A DNA stretch of 63,977 nt, the filler included, from Cladosporium halotolerans (lineage: Eukaryota), in the NCBI RefSeq assembly GCF_011745625.1. It is 7 parts of 7 records of this genome, joined end to end, with 100 filler letters (N's around TTAATTAATTAA, not from the genome) between each part and the next. Parts side by side here need not be neighbours in the genome. Positions count along the whole stretch, not along the records: positions 55,543 to 63,977 come from NW_027191613.1; 6 more parts are not named here. One strand, written 5' to 3'. Both the position numbers and the translations under genes were made by a program. The first letter of the stretch is position 1, and every line of letters begins with the position of its first letter. Below the pieces are notes generated by a model. It searched no databases, was not told the DNA's origin, and was given only the letters and a program-made list of their open reading frames with translations. Shown in pieces: positions 59,900 to 63,977 of this stretch.

Positions 59900-61260
59900 G
59901 CAAGGTCTGCCATCAGCACTGGTACATAGAATAATGCCTATAACGGACCGAAAACCCGACGAGCTCAGCTCTGGATTACATGGGGATCAGACACAAGGTT
60001 ATAAAAACAGGTCCACCCCGGATCGTCAACAATCAGACGAAAGAACTTGAGATTTCTAAAGCTCTCTCCTCTAAGGCCGACCTAAGTGCTACGGGCAGCA
60101 TCCCCAGAGAGTCCTCATTAAATTCATTCCGAGCACTGCTCTACAGCTCGATAATCATCGAAAACGTGTCTTCACGCAAAGTTGAGTCTCCCCAATACAA
60201 TGCGCTATCAAATACTTCCAACCTCGATACGATCGGCTGCTGCCCAACACCAGGAAGTCGACGGAACGATAGGGGAGATTTATGACAAGCAGCTGGGTGT
60301 TGTCACTGAAATCTAGGGAACTACGGTCACGAAGATAAACTTTTCTTGCGATCTGTGGACCTCGGAGAATCGCTCGGCATTCGTTGAATCGGTCGCGCAC
60401 TTCATCATTAACGAGAGCCACCCGAGAGGAATGCTGCTCGCCTTGCCACGACAAAAAGGTCGACATACTGGTACGAATGTTGCAGGTACCATTACAAAGA
60501 TCATTTGCCATTACTTTCTCGAGGACAAGGCTGGCTATGTCAAGCAAAAACGCACGTGACAACGGTGACAACGTAAAAGCAATTTTCGAGGAATTTCTTA
60601 GTCACTTTGAGAGGTTCCGAGTTCAAATTTCGATCACGGAGACCTGTAAGAATGCGAGTGGCTCTTGGCTAACACATCATCACAACTTCACGAAGAGCAT
60701 CGACTTAGGGTGGCAGAAGCTGAACGACTACCAAGGCGAGCTGGGAAAGATTCCGGTGTACGTCGCTACGGTAGTGCGCCACCCTTGCAGGAAACCGCGG
60801 TACCCCCAGAAGCAATAGAGCAATGAGGATTGGCTGGTAAGGGCAAATAAAGTCTTTGGCCCGAGTATGCGATCCTCAAGGGACCGAGAGACCTTGAGAC
60901 GAACATCGCCTTTTCTCAAAGCAGAAAGCCTAGCAGCGATAATGCTGAGAGATAATGACAACAGTGATGATGATAGCCCCTCCAATAGTATTGAGCAGTT
61001 AGCACAGTATCTCACCGAACCACGCCATTCATCGCTCTCGATCGGAGACTCGCCAATTGCTTACTGGACTGGAGCGAATGAAATTTCTACCGAGCGCAAT
61101 GAGCGCACAGGAGGTGGGAGTGTCAAAAACCTTGACTCTGATTCGCTTGATATTGTGCCTGAACCTCCAGAGGAAAGTCTATTAGATGTTGGACTGCACA
61201 TTTATTGGGCAGATGGATTTGGGGCTCAAGATTGGAGTTGAGTCAAGTTTTTAAGGACTC
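59900..61260 (+). pseudogene. Degenerate hAT transposase relic
   Basis: Broken frames: KINFSCDLWTSENRSAF..LLALPRQKGRHTGTNVA; SIDLGWQKLNDY..PVYVATVVRHP; EQLAQYLTEP..PIAYW. Confidence 0.75.
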
Positions 61261-61416
61261 TCGAGACTAGGCACGGGTTTATCAGGTGGTAAGCATATAT
61301 ACAATCATGAATTCATACAATAGGCATACATCTACATTCATGAGGCCAAATGTGCGAGAAACGGCGTAGATATGTGACGTGATACAAATTTGTAGCTTGA
61401 TGACAACAATAATCTC

Positions 61417-63242
61417 TCAAAGCTTCGCCTTCTCCCTCGCAGGCTGCCATTCGAGTTCTTTGAGCCTCTTCCTTTGCGTCTTTCCGCTGGCGGTCTTGAA
61501 TCGTGCGAGCCAGTCTGCAGTAACAAACTGAATCCTGCGTGGGTACTTGTACGGCGCCGCGCGCTTCTTGCAAAAGTTCTGCAAGTCCTTGGTGAGTTTT
61601 TGTTGGTCTAAGTTCGCACTCTCTCTTGTCAAGACGATGAAAGCTTTCACCACCTCTCCCCTGTCGGGGTCTGGTGAGGAAACGGCTGCGCTTTCGACGA
61701 CCGCTGAATGTTCTTTGAGCGTGGACTCGACCTCGAATGGCCCAATACGATAGCCGGCGGAGTTGATGACGTCATCTGAGCGGCCCACGAACCAGAAGTA
61801 TCCTGCATCGTCGACGATTGCTCTATCGCCTGTTGGATACCAGTCTTCGCCGCTGGTTGCGCGTTTCAACCTACGGTCGAGCACGCCGTCCTCCCCAAGG
61901 TAGCCATCGAAGATGCCGAAAAACTTGGACGAATCCGTGTCGTCAATCTTGATTGCCATGTCACCTTCAACACCGGCGGGGCAGATCGCGCCGCTCTCAT
62001 CGATGACATGGAGAGGCACGCCAGGTGCTGGCAATCCCATTGAGCCAGGCCTCAGGGGCGAATTTGCAAAGTTGCCACAGACGAGGATGCACTCGGTCTG
62101 ACCGTAGCCCTCCGAAATTTCTCTGCCGGTCATCCCTTTCCACCTGTGGATGAAATGATTGTCAGCTTGATACTATGATGGCTGGCTCCTTAATTGCCAC
62201 AAGGGGGAAAGGGTGTGTACCCACATTTTGATAACCTCTGCATTCAAAGGTTCGCCCGCGCTGACGCAGTGGACCAAAGACTTCAGACGTTCTTGGTCGT
62301 AGCCGCGCTGATTCTCCTTCATCACCAGCTGCCTGTATGCCGTGGGAGGGGCGCATAGCGTGGTGATGGGGTAGTCTTGCAGGATGCTCAGCGTCCTTTC
62401 CGCGCTGAATGCACCGCGGTCGTCGAAGACGAACAGGCCGGCACCGCAGTTACAAGCACCGAAATATGCCCACGCTGCCTTTCCCCATCCTTGCTCGGCC
62501 ATGTTCCAGTACAGAGAGTCACGGGTCAGCCGCAGCCAGTGCTTACCTGTGATGGTGTGTGCGAGTGGGTATGATATTGCGTTCTGCTGCACCATCTTCG
62601 GTTGGCCGGATGTTCCAGAGGTGAAGTACAGAATCGCTGCTCGGTCGACCTTCGGGTCCACGCCTGCAAATTTGGCGTACGTTGAGACTGCATTTAGGCT
62701 TCGGTGGTAGTTGATGACGCCGGGTGGTGGCGAATCGCCAATTTGAATTATATGTTCGAGATCAGGACACTCTGCTCGCACAGAGAGGACTTTGGCCACG
62801 CTGACAGCGTCGCCGACGAAGAGCGTAGCTCTCGTGCGCTGCAGGCGGTGAGCGATATCATGCCCGACGAGCAGGCTCGTTGCAGGGCAAAGAACGATGC
62901 CCGCACGGATGGCGGCTGTCGCGACCTCCCACCTAGGAAGGGTCAGTATTGAGGACGAAGGCGAGCGAGTGAGCATGCGACTGACCATTCTGGAATTCTG
63001 GGCAAGATGACCAACATCCTCGCCCCTTCCTCTACCTGCAAATTTTGCCTGAACAGAACCGCGATCCGGTGCGACTCTCTGCTGAAATGCTCGAAAGAGA
63101 GCTTGCGTTCGACCTTCCGGTCGCTCGAGACCCAGTGCAGCGCTGGGCCCGGGGCTAGGTTGGCGGCCCAGTAGTCAACAACATCGGTTGCAAAGTTGAA
63201 GGTCGTTGGTCGCTGGAGCTCGGGGAGTAGTGAGTGCGCCAT
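61417..63242 (-). CDS. Medium-chain acyl-CoA synthetase (ACSM-like AMP-binding enzyme)
   Basis: FNFATDVVDYW; YFTSGTSGQPK; SAGEPLN; EGYGQTE; TGDRA..GRSDDVINSAGYRIGPFEVES; YKYPR. Introns at 62933-62985 and 62144-62224. C-terminal AKL is PTS1-like. Confidence 0.95.
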
Positions 63243-63505
63243 TTCAGAAAGAGTGAATCGGTTCACAGCCAGCTCGACGTATCCTACTGTTCTTCAACTA
63301 TAACTCCTACAGACCAGCGAGGCGGTGCCTACATAAGCACATAGTCCCTTGCGGGCAGACATCCGAGGAGTCGGCATTTGCACGCTGCTGCCGGCCCAAA
63401 CATGCTCGCGTGACAGCAAGGTAACCGCGAGCACACTCGGCAAAGATGGAATCGCTGCGTTAGTATCGTGCGAATGTGTATTGGTAGAATGTAATACCCT
63501 CGGCT

Positions 63506-63632
63506 GGACGTTGTGCCCATTTTCTTGAAGCGGATGTTACGTGTTTGATCGGCGGCAGACTGAGCGTAAGGGACATTGTGCCCGTTTTCTTGACGCGGAT
63601 GTTCCGTGTTTGATCGGCGGCAGACTCAGCGT
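63506..63632. repeat. 65-bp imperfect tandem duplication upstream of the acyl-CoA synthetase
   Basis: TTTTCTTGA.GCGGATGTT.CGTGTTTGATCGGCGGCAGACT.AGCGT occurs twice. Confidence 0.8.
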
Positions 63633-63880
63633 CATAAACGCATGAGCATGTGGGACCTGTTTTAGACCCTAGGTCAAATTTTCGTGCTGACAAACAACAG
63701 GATTCGTCTGCATTACCAAGCAGAGCTTCTTGTAGGCTCGAACGTTCTACAAGGCAGGCGTGCGACAAGGTTAGGGCAAGTAACAATGCTCCTGTCAGTT
63801 CTTGTATAAAGAGGACCTCGCAGTCTCGTACCAGTCCATTTATTCTATTCACCATCTTTTCCTACCAGTTATCCTACAAG

Positions 63881-63977
63881 CATAGATCTTGAATCTTGAA
63901 TATTCAGAATCAGGTGAAGCTCAATCAGGAATCAAATCAGTCAGGTGGGCGCTCAATCAGAAATCAATCAGCAATCA
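63881..63977. mobile_element. Transposon terminus (hAT-like), related to 18761-18858
   Basis: CATAGATCTTGAATCTTGA followed by many AATCA(G) motifs. Confidence 0.65.

Noticed and set aside
1..63977. One continuous Starship or gene cluster spanning the window
   Set aside because: Contigs are joined by artificial spacers in size order, and no DUF3435 captain or element boundary is visible.

Overview
Fungal (filamentous ascomycete) DNA with GT-AG introns and RIP-like mutations. The window is not contiguous. Six identical 100-bp spacers (N44-TTAATTAATTAA-N44) join seven contigs whose lengths fall steadily (at least 9442, then 9316, 9305, 9210, 9061, 8608, and at least 8435 bp). This looks like a size-sorted concatenation of unplaced, repeat-bounded contigs. 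Mobile content includes an intact pogo/Fot1-type transposon (43-bp TIRs, TA target), several Tad1-like LINE copies and remnants, hAT termini and relics, and a RIP-decayed LTR-like block. Accessory genes include two typical Starship cargo families (a GTPase-like/patatin gene and DUF3723), two Zn2Cys6 factors, a BTB protein, a 3CxxC protein, GT90, a RecQ fragment, an Hsp70-like protein, an integrase-Zn/ATP-grasp-like fusion, a tannase and an acyl-CoA synthetase. The most striking unexplained structure is a 3.35-kb unit (10627-13978) bounded by ~550-bp diverged inverted repeats. It has no recognisable transposase and encloses two intact convergent genes: an ADP-ribosyltransferase-like protein and an HNH endonuclease. 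It is a candidate new selfish or toxin-antidote mobile element. A second odd structure is a foldback element with a 17-bp GTCGAC minisatellite (35533-36364). All family calls are by-eye motif recognition; no database searches were run.
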